From Thermoproteota archaeon (lineage in GTDB: Archaea > Thermoproteota > Thermoprotei_A > EX4484-217-1), in assembly GCA_029258915.1 (NCBI GenBank), contig JAPDJU010000005.1, forward strand, positions 265,797-329,796: a DNA stretch of 64,000 nt, in the 5' to 3' direction. The notes under the pieces are model-generated. The model did not search any database, was not told the DNA's origin, and worked only from the letters and a program-made list of their open reading frames with translations. The number at the start of each line of letters is the position of its first letter. Positions within the stretch are counted from its first letter, which is position 1. The translations under genes and the position numbers were made by a program. Below are positions 31,501-39,846 of the stretch, in pieces.

Positions 31501-32082
31501 CCTAGCTTCACTTTCCATTTTCTGAGCTTTCTCTATGAGAGCTATTTCTTCTGGAGTAACGTTTAACATTTTAAGTACTATGTCAACGCTCTTACTTTTT
31601 CTGAGAAAACTGTCAACATCGTCTATAAAGGCGATGTTTATTGGTTGCTGTAGCTCCGTTCTCTTCATTAAGCTTATAGGTGTTGTAACAATTATCGAAG
31701 CATCAACAGTGTTTTCTAGTTCTAAACGTTTTTGCTTATTAGTAAGTAAGCTATGATACGCTGAAACAAGAACTCCGTCGAATCCAAGTTTGGATCTTAG
31801 CTCTAAAAGTTTTTGATGAACCTGATGCGCTAAAAGGCTTGTCGGAAGCATTATAAGCGTTCTTTTACCCTTACTGGCAGCATATAAGCTTAAAATCATT
31901 TGCATTGTTGTTTTACCGCTACCTGTAGGTGCCACCATGGCAAAGCTTTCTTTATTAAGAAATCTTCTAGCCCATAGTCTCTGCAATCCCCACATTTTAG
32001 AACCTACAGCTCTAACAAACAATTCATCTATTTTCTTAACTTCTCTCTCTATTTCCCATATCCTATTTAGTTCACCATACAT
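28570..32082 (-). CDS. rgy: Reverse gyrase (helicase-like domain fused to a topoisomerase IA domain). The annotated ATG lies downstream of the N-terminal zinc finger; see the finding at 32083-32235.
   Basis: Helicase motif I (AMVAPTGSGKTT), then DEAD-like motifs, then the topoisomerase IA domain with a CxxC...CxxC ribbon (CIRCGRDV..CPYCGG) and catalytic Tyr region. The length (1170 aa) fits. Confidence 0.95.
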   Translation of the reverse strand: MYGELNRIWEIEREVKKIDELFVRAVGSKMWGLQRLWARRFLNKESFAMVAPTGSGKTTMQMILSLYAASKGKRTLIMLPTSLLAHQVHQKLLELRSKLGFDGVLVSAYHSLLTNKQKRLELENTVDASIIVTTPISLMKRTELQQPINIAFIDDVDSFLRKSKSVDIVLKMLNVTPEEIALIEKAQKMESEARKLAREDPERARQLISEAAKLKTSVRLKVKGQVIVSGATQTARRTKRVKILNALFGFTVGGKIEVGRNIVDMYIKPPKELFEKTIVNVVKKLGTGGLVFVPMDKGAEYVKKITDTLKKNGINAEAYLGTRRRLFEKFIAGDVDVLVGIASYRSPLTRGIDLPERVRYAVFTGVPKFRLRISFEEFHPSRWLILLNEIRDAIYEKYPYEFDRVLGGLIKVRLATRDTLEAVREALKTGRSLTGFPEFVRKVAEDALNFLNEVLKDEEVKERLRRSRTITFGEKAGEYFFIIPDATAYIQASGRTSRLYVGGITKGVSVLVIDEIKAFNALIRNLKWLLETVEFKHYDEVNIDKLMKEVDEDRRKVRLALEGKLKTKERELMKTTLFIVESPNKARTIARLFGRPTRKTIGTLQTFEVMTEDRLMIITATGGHILDLVSDKGLFGVNVTNGVFQPIYKPIKRCIRCGRDVPEEETACPYCGGKVLVESKPVIKALRQLASQVDEILVGTDPDSEGEKIAWDVILLLKPLNRNIWRIRFHEVTRRGLIEALKSLSSIDHNMVKAQIVRRIEDRWIGFSLSPILWKEFNMHWLSAGRVQTPVLGWIVDRTLKNRKKAELITIKLKDINLKLTFKAPKGLAEKIREHGKIIVENVREEIVEVNPPPPHTTDTMLAEGSRILGLSAPKIMNSAQRLFEAGLITYHRTDSTTVSTLGIGLAKDYIIRVYGEKYFKARKWEKPGAHECIRPTRPLDSRQIRSLRAAGILRLAVPLRPEDYRLYDIVFRRFIISQMMPAKVIKKTFTLRFEDFTKEFTFTTEIVEQGFFKLTKPLVLEEARKIGSGEYEIEEIHVRTIPEYPLYTYGEVVEEMKARKIGRPSTYAKILNILRKRGYIVEVSRGKLVATKRGKRVFKYLIENFSELISEERTRKLQEVIDQVELGKEDITKVLNEFYRETCSIIVRAKKSGVTYPTGTFILKNLCEK

Positions 32083-32585
32083 TTTGAGAACTTTGTCTTC
32101 TACATGAGGTAAACATTTTTCACATGGTAAGCCTAATTCAAGCCTCTCAGAAGAAATAGGCCCACCACAATTAGGGCAAAGCTCCTTAAAGATTGCCGTT
32201 AATACCAGTACACTTCACCTCCACCTATTCATTTTATTTAAATTAGCATTAGGTCGCATCATAGGTGGAGGTTTCGCGCTCCATATAAAACTTATGACAC
32301 TTGCATCAGTTTTAAGTTTAATAGGGAACACTTTCTTTGCAATACGGTTTAATGCAAGCTCTGATATAAACGTACATATAGGGAAAACTTCTTTTAGAAT
32401 AATCAGTTTTCTCTTAAATAACTTATGTTTCACCTTAACTGTTTTACTAAGTTTCATGTCTTACCACTAACCTATAATCTATCAATGAATTCATCTCGTA
32501 GCTTAACTTTAGCTGATCCTGGTATTTTTCGAAATTAATTTCTTTACCCCAATTACCTTAGCTTTAAGGAGCATATTTAAATGGT

Positions 32586-33626
32586 TTACGGTAGAGCAAT
32601 TGCAGGTATTGAAAGTTTTTTCTTAATCTCTCTAGCTAATATATATGCTGATCCTTCTCTCGAAGCATCAGTAATTACAATCTTAGGCTTAGACTTTTCT
32701 ACATATTCTAGCAGCTGTTCGAAATCTGCATGGTCACTTAATGCAACTAAATATGTTTTTTCATTAATTTGTCTTAACGGCTCGGAAAACTCCCAGCCAG
32801 ATAATACAATGTTTGTCACAGACTGTTTACTATAAATTCTAGCAGTATTTAAATGTGCAAAAAATACATACCATCCTGTCTTGACGATTTCCTCAGCTTC
32901 AAAAGACTTATAATAAAATACCTCTTTAACTCGTAATCCATGCTTCATAGCTGCTTTCGTTACTTTATACACTCTTCTAGGTACTACAAACGGTGCATCT
33001 ATGCCTCGGGATCTTAGAATTTCCATGGCTTCTTGTATCTTTCCATGATAGCCGAAGATATGAACAGGTCCTTTAGCTAAACGGGTCTTAACAAGGTCTA
33101 CAAATAAATCTTCTACCTCATATTTAAAAGGTCTTACATGGTTAGGATTGCCGTAAGTAGCTTCTATAACTAAAAGATCAGCTCCAAGAATAGGCGTTGA
33201 AGGTAATTTAAAATCCCCAGTGTAAACTAATCTATCATCTTCTTCATCAATAACTAAAACTTGAGCAGCCCCAATAATGTGCTTGGCTTTATGCAATGAA
33301 ATTTTAGCATCTTTTATTTTTATTTCTTTATCATAGTTTAGGATTAAAGTTTTATTTTCCGGTATTTCATAACCTAAAGCCGTTAATATATCATATGTTG
33401 CTTCAGTCATGCCTATAAAGGGTGTTTTCTTAATGCTTTCCCTAAGGCCGTATATGTGGTCATGATGCGCGTGTGTTACTATGCGTAAAATAGCATTATC
33501 GTCATGTCCATCACATGCTATAAAGTTTTTAAAAACTACAGCCGAATTTTCCGTTATCTTAGCTTTCCTAAGCAGCCTATTGATGGTAGCGTCAAGCGTT
33601 AAGGACAAGTAACTGCTTGCCTCCAA
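32586..33626 (-). CDS. Metallo-beta-lactamase-fold, beta-CASP-type hydrolase (small RNase J / aCPSF-like).
   Basis: THAHHDH motif, then beta-CASP-like motifs (..VIEATYG.., ..SDHAD..). Confidence 0.7.
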   Translation of the reverse strand: MEASSYLSLTLDATINRLLRKAKITENSAVVFKNFIACDGHDDNAILRIVTHAHHDHIYGLRESIKKTPFIGMTEATYDILTALGYEIPENKTLILNYDKEIKIKDAKISLHKAKHIIGAAQVLVIDEEDDRLVYTGDFKLPSTPILGADLLVIEATYGNPNHVRPFKYEVEDLFVDLVKTRLAKGPVHIFGYHGKIQEAMEILRSRGIDAPFVVPRRVYKVTKAAMKHGLRVKEVFYYKSFEAEEIVKTGWYVFFAHLNTARIYSKQSVTNIVLSGWEFSEPLRQINEKTYLVALSDHADFEQLLEYVEKSKPKIVITDASREGSAYILAREIKKKLSIPAIALP

Positions 33627-33776
33627 ACAAGTTACTGGGCCGTATGAAATGTTTATGTTTAACGCAGATTTATCTATTTCCTAGATCGTTTACTTGTAGA
33701 GTTCATTATAGTGTTTTAGCATCAAGTTTTTATCTTTCTATTAGAATGATAGGTTTTTGAGTTAAAACCTAATGCT

Positions 33777-35213
33777 GTGATAGCAATGGCCTTAAGAGTT
33801 ACAAACACTTTAACAGGGCAGAAGGAAGTATTTGAACCCTTAATTCCCGATCTCGTTAGAATGTATGTTTGCGGACCAACACCATACGACCATACCCATA
33901 TAGGTCATGCGAGAGCATACACTATCTTCGATCTTATAAGAAGATATCTTGAACTTAAAGGTTATAGGGTATTTCATGTAATGAACATCACAGACATAGA
34001 TGATAAGATAATAAGAAGAGCGAAAGAACTGAATGCGCCATGGGAAGAAGTGCCTAAGAAATATACTGAGGAATTTTTAGACATAATAACTAAGCTTAAC
34101 ATAAAAATACCTCATGTAATGCCTAAAGTAACGGAGCATATGGAGGAAATTATAGAATTCATTAAGGGACTTATCGAAAAAGGTTATGCCTACGAAAGCC
34201 ATGGAAGCATATATTTTAATGTAGATGCGTTTGAAGATTACGGTAAACTCTCTAAGAGAAAGCATAGAGAAGAATGGAGACAAGAAGAGGAAGTTCTTAA
34301 AGAGAAAAGGAAACCATATGACTTCGCATTATGGAAAAAAGCTAAGCCTGGAGAGCCGTGGTGGAATAGCCCTTGGGGTTCAGGTAGGCCTGGATGGCAT
34401 ATAGAATGTTCTGTTATGAGTAGCAAGTATCTTGGGGAACAATTTGATATACATGGGGGAGGACAGGATCTAATATTTCCACATCATGAAAACGAAATTG
34501 CCCAAAGCGAAGCATATTTTGGAGTTAAACCATGGGTTAAATATTGGATTCATGTAGGCTATCTTACGATTAAAGGAGAAAAAATGAGTAAGAGCTTAGG
34601 AAATATTATACCAGTTTATGAGGTCTTTAAGAAATATAAACCTGAAGTGTTAAGGCTTTACCTCTTAAGTTCCTATTATAGAAGCCCAATGGACTTTACA
34701 TGGGAGGGCCTGGAGCAAGCGAAAATACTGTATGAAAGACTTGTTATTCTCACGGAGAATGTGAAAAAGATTTTAAGAGAAGAAAATGTACCTCACAGAG
34801 TGAGATATGACGTTAGAGCTATAGCTAAAGAACTTTCTTCTATAAGAAAGGGATTCTATGAAAGCCTTGACGATGACTTTAACATGGCTAAAACAATGCC
34901 ATATGTGCATAGATTCGTAAGTTTTGCCAATAAAGTTCTCGAATATAAACCAATATTTCCTATAGCACTACTAATAATGGAATTCATTAAGGAAATGAAC
35001 ATAGTACTTGGAGTACTAGACAAACATCTCGTTCCAACAACAGATGTTGAAAAGAAACTAAACCAGGTAATAGATGCTATAGTTAAGATTAGACATAAGT
35101 TTAGAATGGAAAAGGATTACAAGACATCTGACTGGATTAGGTCTGAGCTTGCAAAGGTTGGTGTAAAGCTTTTCGACACTAAAGATAAGACAACATGGGT
35201 TATTGAATATTAA
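33777..35213 (+). CDS. cysS: Cysteinyl-tRNA synthetase.
   Basis: HIGH-type motif (GPTPYDHTHIGHAR), zinc-site Cys, and KMSKS. Confidence 0.95.
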   Translation: MIAMALRVTNTLTGQKEVFEPLIPDLVRMYVCGPTPYDHTHIGHARAYTIFDLIRRYLELKGYRVFHVMNITDIDDKIIRRAKELNAPWEEVPKKYTEEFLDIITKLNIKIPHVMPKVTEHMEEIIEFIKGLIEKGYAYESHGSIYFNVDAFEDYGKLSKRKHREEWRQEEEVLKEKRKPYDFALWKKAKPGEPWWNSPWGSGRPGWHIECSVMSSKYLGEQFDIHGGGQDLIFPHHENEIAQSEAYFGVKPWVKYWIHVGYLTIKGEKMSKSLGNIIPVYEVFKKYKPEVLRLYLLSSYYRSPMDFTWEGLEQAKILYERLVILTENVKKILREENVPHRVRYDVRAIAKELSSIRKGFYESLDDDFNMAKTMPYVHRFVSFANKVLEYKPIFPIALLIMEFIKEMNIVLGVLDKHLVPTTDVEKKLNQVIDAIVKIRHKFRMEKDYKTSDWIRSELAKVGVKLFDTKDKTTWVIEY

Positions 35214-35247
35214 GATTAACAAACCATAATTTTAATGGAGACTAATA

Positions 35248-36189
35248 ATGATTACGCTGTTAAGTGGAGGTACAGGCACACCTAAGCTTATTGAAGGCTT
35301 AAGACATGTAGTTAAGGATGAAGAATTAACGGTAATTGTAAATACTGCAGATGATGTATGGTGGAACGGACTATACATTTCACCAGACGTAGATACTGTA
35401 TTGTACCTGTTTGCAAACATCCTTGACACAGATAAGTACTGGGGAATACGTGGCGATACCTTTCATGCGTTAAATCAATTGTCAAAGTATGGTGCAGAAT
35501 GGACATGGTTTAGCGTAGGAGATAGAGACCTAGCAACACATATAATTAGAACATATCTTTTAAAGAAGGGATATAAACTACATGAGGTTGTAAAATATCT
35601 CTCAGAGAAAATGCATGTTAAAGCCACAATACTTCCTATGAGTAATGATAGAGTAGAAACCATGGTTAAAACAAATAAGGGCTCTATGAATATTCAAGAA
35701 TACTTGGTAAGGTTTAAAGCAGAACCAGAAGTTTATGAAATAAAGTTTCCGGGGTTGGAAAAAGCAAAACCCGCACCTGGGGTCATTGAAGCTATAGAAA
35801 GAGCAGACATGCTAATTATAGGTCCAAGTAACCCTGTAAACAGCATAGGCCCTATAATTAGCTTAAAAAGGGTCAAGGAGAAACTGACAAGGTTAAAAGC
35901 ACCTATAATAGCTGTTTCACCTATAATCTCAGGGAAGCCTGTTTCTGGTCCAGCAGACAAGTTTATGAGAGCTTTAGGCTACGAACCATCACCTATAGGT
36001 ATCGTGGAAATATATAAGGAGTTCTTAGATGGTATAGTTATAGATGTCGTTGATAGAAGCTTGGCCAAGGTAATAATGGACAAGTATAGGGTTAAAGTTA
36101 AAGTAGCAAACACCATAATGGTAACTCTCAAAGATAAAGTTAAATTAGCAGAAGAAGTTTTAGATTTTGCAAAAAGAATGAAGCAATAG
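35248..36189 (+). CDS. cofD: 2-phospho-L-lactate transferase (CofD).
   Basis: The N-terminal LLSGGTGTPKL motif is characteristic of CofD/UPF0052. Confidence 0.85.
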   Translation: MITLLSGGTGTPKLIEGLRHVVKDEELTVIVNTADDVWWNGLYISPDVDTVLYLFANILDTDKYWGIRGDTFHALNQLSKYGAEWTWFSVGDRDLATHIIRTYLLKKGYKLHEVVKYLSEKMHVKATILPMSNDRVETMVKTNKGSMNIQEYLVRFKAEPEVYEIKFPGLEKAKPAPGVIEAIERADMLIIGPSNPVNSIGPIISLKRVKEKLTRLKAPIIAVSPIISGKPVSGPADKFMRALGYEPSPIGIVEIYKEFLDGIVIDVVDRSLAKVIMDKYRVKVKVANTIMVTLKDKVKLAEEVLDFAKRMKQ

Positions 36190-36192
36190 CCG

Positions 36193-36858
36193 TTGAGCTG
36201 TAAAAACATGGAAATTACAGCAATAGTTCCCATTAAAGAATTCAGTAAAGCCAAAAGCAGGCTAGCAAAAATATTACCTCTAAATGTTAGAATAGAATTA
36301 AGTAAAGCTATGCTTAAAGACGTCATTTTAGCCTTAGCTTCCAACTGCGAAATAAAGAACATTGTTATAATAACACCTAATAAGGATGTAGACGATGTAG
36401 TTACCATTTCTAAAAAGGTTAGAATACTTCATGATGAAGGCATAGGGCAAGTGTTTGCTTTAAAAAAAGCATTAAATTACACCTTAGAAATGTATAACCC
36501 GGATGCTATTCTCATTGCTGTAGCTGACTTACCTTCCATAAGACCTCAGGATGTAAGTAAAATGATACATTTAATACAAACATATCATTCAATAGTTTTA
36601 GCACCATCTACTGATGGCGGAACAAACGTTATGATACAATATCCTCCAGCAATAATAGATTTAAAATACGGGCCTATGAGCTTCAAAAAACACGTAGAAG
36701 AAGCCTATAGAAAGAAGGTATTCTTACAAATATATTTCTCTGAAACAACATCCATAGATCTAGATACGCTCGATGATTTAAAGCAAGTAATGAAAATACA
36801 CGTATCGTACAATACAAGAGAGATCCTAAGAAAAATCAAAGAGGTTTACACTATATGA
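36193..36858 (+). CDS. cofC: 2-phospho-L-lactate (or PEP) guanylyltransferase (CofC).
   Basis: MobA-like fold with the CofC N-terminus (AIVPIKEFSKAKSRL). Starts 3 nt after cofD. Confidence 0.8.
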   Translation: MSCKNMEITAIVPIKEFSKAKSRLAKILPLNVRIELSKAMLKDVILALASNCEIKNIVIITPNKDVDDVVTISKKVRILHDEGIGQVFALKKALNYTLEMYNPDAILIAVADLPSIRPQDVSKMIHLIQTYHSIVLAPSTDGGTNVMIQYPPAIIDLKYGPMSFKKHVEEAYRKKVFLQIYFSETTSIDLDTLDDLKQVMKIHVSYNTREILRKIKEVYTI

Positions 36859-37904
36859 ATGCTAATTCAGAGTTTATTGAAGGCGATTTCGTAGAAGATA
36901 TTAACAACATAATATTTGATGTCAAGGGCTTGGAGCATCCACCAACTAGAGTTATTGCTTTTCCACGATATATACCGGATGAGAAAGGCGATAGAATTAG
37001 AAAGGTAGACAATAGAAAGTATGCTAAAATTTATGATTTAAACTTAAGATATACATACATGAAGAAATTTCTCAGAAAATACCTAGTTTATAACGAAGTT
37101 TTTGACATGGAGTTATGTGAAATACCTAAAACCGATATAATCAGACATTATAAACCAGCTAATAAATTAAAAGAACTAATAAGTAATATAGAATTTCTTG
37201 ATGAAACACAGCAAAGTGCATTAAAATTAGCTTTAATACTATCATACAAATCCGGTGTACCGTTAAAAAATTTAGGAATAAGCGGATCTATAATGGTAGA
37301 TTTACATAAAGATAATAGTGATATAGATATTGTAGTTTATGGAACAAAAGAATCTTTTAAAGTTATTGAGGCTCTTAGAGAGTTTTTCAATGAAGGAATA
37401 TTGAGAAAATATAGTATGGATGAATATGAAAGGCTATACGTTTTTAGAAAAGCCTATGAGGTCTTAGATTTTAAAGCTTTCATTAAGCATGAGAAAAGGA
37501 AACTTTTTCAAGGAATGTTTAAAGATAGAGAATTCTTCATAAGGTTTATTGAGAATTTATCTGAGAAGAAACCATACGGCTATTATAGATACAAGAATTT
37601 AGGTAAAATCACAGTCAAAGCAAGAGTCATTGATGACGCGCATTCTATATTTACACCTGTAAGATACGTAATAGACAATGTTAAAATAATTGAAGCAGAA
37701 ACGAAGCATTCAATAAAACCTGAAAATATCACTGAAATTGTTTCCTTTAGAGGTAGATTTTGTCAGCAAGTGTTTAAAGGTGAGAACATTATTGCTAAGG
37801 GTAAAATTGAAGCCGTCTTAGAAAATAATTACTTAACCCATTATAGAATAATCGTAGGGGGTTCACCTAAAGATTACTTAGTTAATGAGGAGTTTGTAAA
37901 GTGA
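36855..37904 (+). CDS. Paralog A of an uncharacterised family. Domain order: unknown N-terminal domain of about 130 aa, then a Pol-beta-superfamily nucleotidyltransferase core (GISGSIMVDLHKDNSDIDIVV), then an unknown C-terminal domain.
   Basis: GS-x9-DxD nucleotidyltransferase signature. It overlaps cofC by 4 nt and paralog B by 4 nt. Confidence 0.6.
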   Translation: MNANSEFIEGDFVEDINNIIFDVKGLEHPPTRVIAFPRYIPDEKGDRIRKVDNRKYAKIYDLNLRYTYMKKFLRKYLVYNEVFDMELCEIPKTDIIRHYKPANKLKELISNIEFLDETQQSALKLALILSYKSGVPLKNLGISGSIMVDLHKDNSDIDIVVYGTKESFKVIEALREFFNEGILRKYSMDEYERLYVFRKAYEVLDFKAFIKHEKRKLFQGMFKDREFFIRFIENLSEKKPYGYYRYKNLGKITVKARVIDDAHSIFTPVRYVIDNVKIIEAETKHSIKPENITEIVSFRGRFCQQVFKGENIIAKGKIEAVLENNYLTHYRIIVGGSPKDYLVNEEFVK

Positions 37905-38974
37905 GAAAATTTAAGCTATTCAAGGATAGAGACTTTATTGAGGACAAAGACGGATACATGTTCTGTGTAGTAGGATACGTTCACCCACCAGATCGTGTTC
38001 TAGCATATCTAAAATATGTACCATCAAGAAAGAAGACAATATGGTATCGTGAAAGCGTAGGATTTAGAAGGATCTTAAAGTATTATAGTAGTGTAGCAGT
38101 TTTAGATTCTATGCGGCTTCTCAGCAAAACCAAACCTAATTACATATACTATGACAACTGCTTCAATATAAAGTTCATAGGTGTACCAAAGAGTGAAATT
38201 AGAAAACACTATATTCCTGAAGGGAAATTGAAAGAAATAATTGATAAACCAAGCAGAGACCCTCTCGAACAAGACCTTGTAGAATTAGTTAATTATTTAT
38301 CAGAAATATCTGACATAAACTTAAAATACTTTGGAATTTCAGGCTCCATCCTTCTGAATATTCATAACCCTAAATACTCAGACATAGACTTAATGGTTTA
38401 CGGTAGGGATAACTCATTTAAGCTGCTAGGCATAATAGATCAGGCTGTAAACGAGGGTATGATTTCTTTACCAGGTAAGCGTATGTTAGAGACATGGTCT
38501 TATGAAGTTTCGAAACATCATCCACTTACACCTAAAGAAGCTATGAGGCTATATGTTGAAAGAAAAACAAGGTTAATATTTAAAGGTAAAAGAGTTTTTT
38601 CATTACATCCAGCAAGACTTGACAATGAAATATTAGAAAATTATGGAGACAAAATATACGTACCCGTATGTTTAGCAAAAATTAAAGGTACTGTTAAAGA
38701 TGCTTCAGATTCTCTATTTTTACCAGCAACATACATCGTAGATGACGTTGAAATTATTGAAGGGAGTTTTGAAGGAGAAATATATGAAGTAACAACATTT
38801 GAAGGATTATACTCTGCTTTACTTAAAGAATGTGAGGAATTTATTGCATATGGAAAAGTAGAAAAGGCGATTGAGACGAGAACAGGTAAAACATATTATA
38901 GGCTTGTAGTAGGCTCTGCGGAAGCTAAAGGAAAAGACTATATAAAACCTATAAGATGGCTTAAAGGAGGTTGA
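37901..38974 (+). CDS. Paralog B of the same nucleotidyltransferase-fold family (GISGSILLNIHNPKYSDIDLMVYG).
   Basis: Same domain order as paralog A and a conserved N-terminal motif (HPP.RV.A...Y.P). GTG start overlapping the stop of A; its own stop overlaps the cofE start. Confidence 0.6.
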   Translation: MRKFKLFKDRDFIEDKDGYMFCVVGYVHPPDRVLAYLKYVPSRKKTIWYRESVGFRRILKYYSSVAVLDSMRLLSKTKPNYIYYDNCFNIKFIGVPKSEIRKHYIPEGKLKEIIDKPSRDPLEQDLVELVNYLSEISDINLKYFGISGSILLNIHNPKYSDIDLMVYGRDNSFKLLGIIDQAVNEGMISLPGKRMLETWSYEVSKHHPLTPKEAMRLYVERKTRLIFKGKRVFSLHPARLDNEILENYGDKIYVPVCLAKIKGTVKDASDSLFLPATYIVDDVEIIEGSFEGEIYEVTTFEGLYSALLKECEEFIAYGKVEKAIETRTGKTYYRLVVGSAEAKGKDYIKPIRWLKGG

Positions 38975-39747
38975 TTTGTTTGGCTAAGAAAATAGAGTTC
39001 ATAGGCTTAGAAACAATACCTGAAATTAAAAAAGGCGATGACATAGGTAAGTTAATAGTTGAAGCATGCGAAAAAGAGAATGTAAACATAGAGAATGGAG
39101 ACATAATTATTATAACACATAAGATAGTATCTAAAGCTGAAGGTAGAATAGTTAATTTACATAAAATAGTTCCTTCGAAGAAAGCCATAGAGATAGCAGA
39201 ATATACAGGCAAAGATCCTAAACTTGTAGAATTAATCTTGAGAGAATCGGAAGAAATAGTTAAACTAACTAGTGAAGGACATATAATTGTAAGAACAAGG
39301 CACGGAATAATATGTGCTAACGCTGGAATCGATGCTTCAAACATTGCTGGAACAGAAGACATTGTAGCACTGATTCCCGAGGACCCTGATAGCTCAGCTA
39401 AAAAAATAAGGGAAAGAATAATGGAGCTTACAGGAAAAGATGTAGCTATAATAATTACGGACACTTATGGTAGACCGTTAAGAGAAGGTATGATAAACAT
39501 GGCTATAGGTCTTTCTGGAATAAAGCCGTTTAGAGACTATAGAGGAAAACCTGACCTTTATGGTTATCAATTTAGAGTAACAATAATTGCTGTGGCAGAC
39601 GAATTAGCTTCGGCTGCGGAGCTTCTTATGGGTCAGGGGAAAGAGAAAATACCTGTAGTAATTGTTAAAGGATATAGGTTTGAAAGAAGCGAATTATCAT
39701 CGGCTAGAGAACTTAATATGCCTGAGGAAAAGTGGTTGTTTAAATGA
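38971..39747 (+). CDS. cofE: Coenzyme F420-0:L-glutamate ligase (CofE).
   Basis: CofE pattern (GDIIIITHKIVSKAEGR..). TTG start preceded by GGAGG. Confidence 0.85.
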   Translation: MICLAKKIEFIGLETIPEIKKGDDIGKLIVEACEKENVNIENGDIIIITHKIVSKAEGRIVNLHKIVPSKKAIEIAEYTGKDPKLVELILRESEEIVKLTSEGHIIVRTRHGIICANAGIDASNIAGTEDIVALIPEDPDSSAKKIRERIMELTGKDVAIIITDTYGRPLREGMINMAIGLSGIKPFRDYRGKPDLYGYQFRVTIIAVADELASAAELLMGQGKEKIPVVIVKGYRFERSELSSARELNMPEEKWLFK

Positions 39748-39846
39748 TTTACGAAGTATAATATCTATTAAGTTATTTTGAAACTACAAAGATATATACC
39801 ACACCCGAGTATATTAGACAAGGATATTTGTTCATTAGTGAGCTAG

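Noticed and set aside
32215-32217. Selenocysteine or programmed readthrough at the in-frame TGA in the rgy N-terminus.
   Set aside because: Selenoprotein machinery is not a known feature of Crenarchaeota, and no SECIS-like hairpin is evident in the 3' flank. A sequencing error or an atypical start is more parsimonious.
32215-32457. The 80-aa lysine-rich ORF upstream of reverse gyrase as an independent gene.
   Set aside because: It is in the same frame as rgy, separated from the zinc-finger codons by a single TGA. Its only ATG near the 3' end is the likely true rgy start, and the remainder has no family features.
36855-38974. The X/Y nucleotidyltransferase-fold pair as the FO synthase CofG/CofH.
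   Set aside because: Neither protein has a CxxxCxxC radical SAM cluster. Each has only scattered cysteines.
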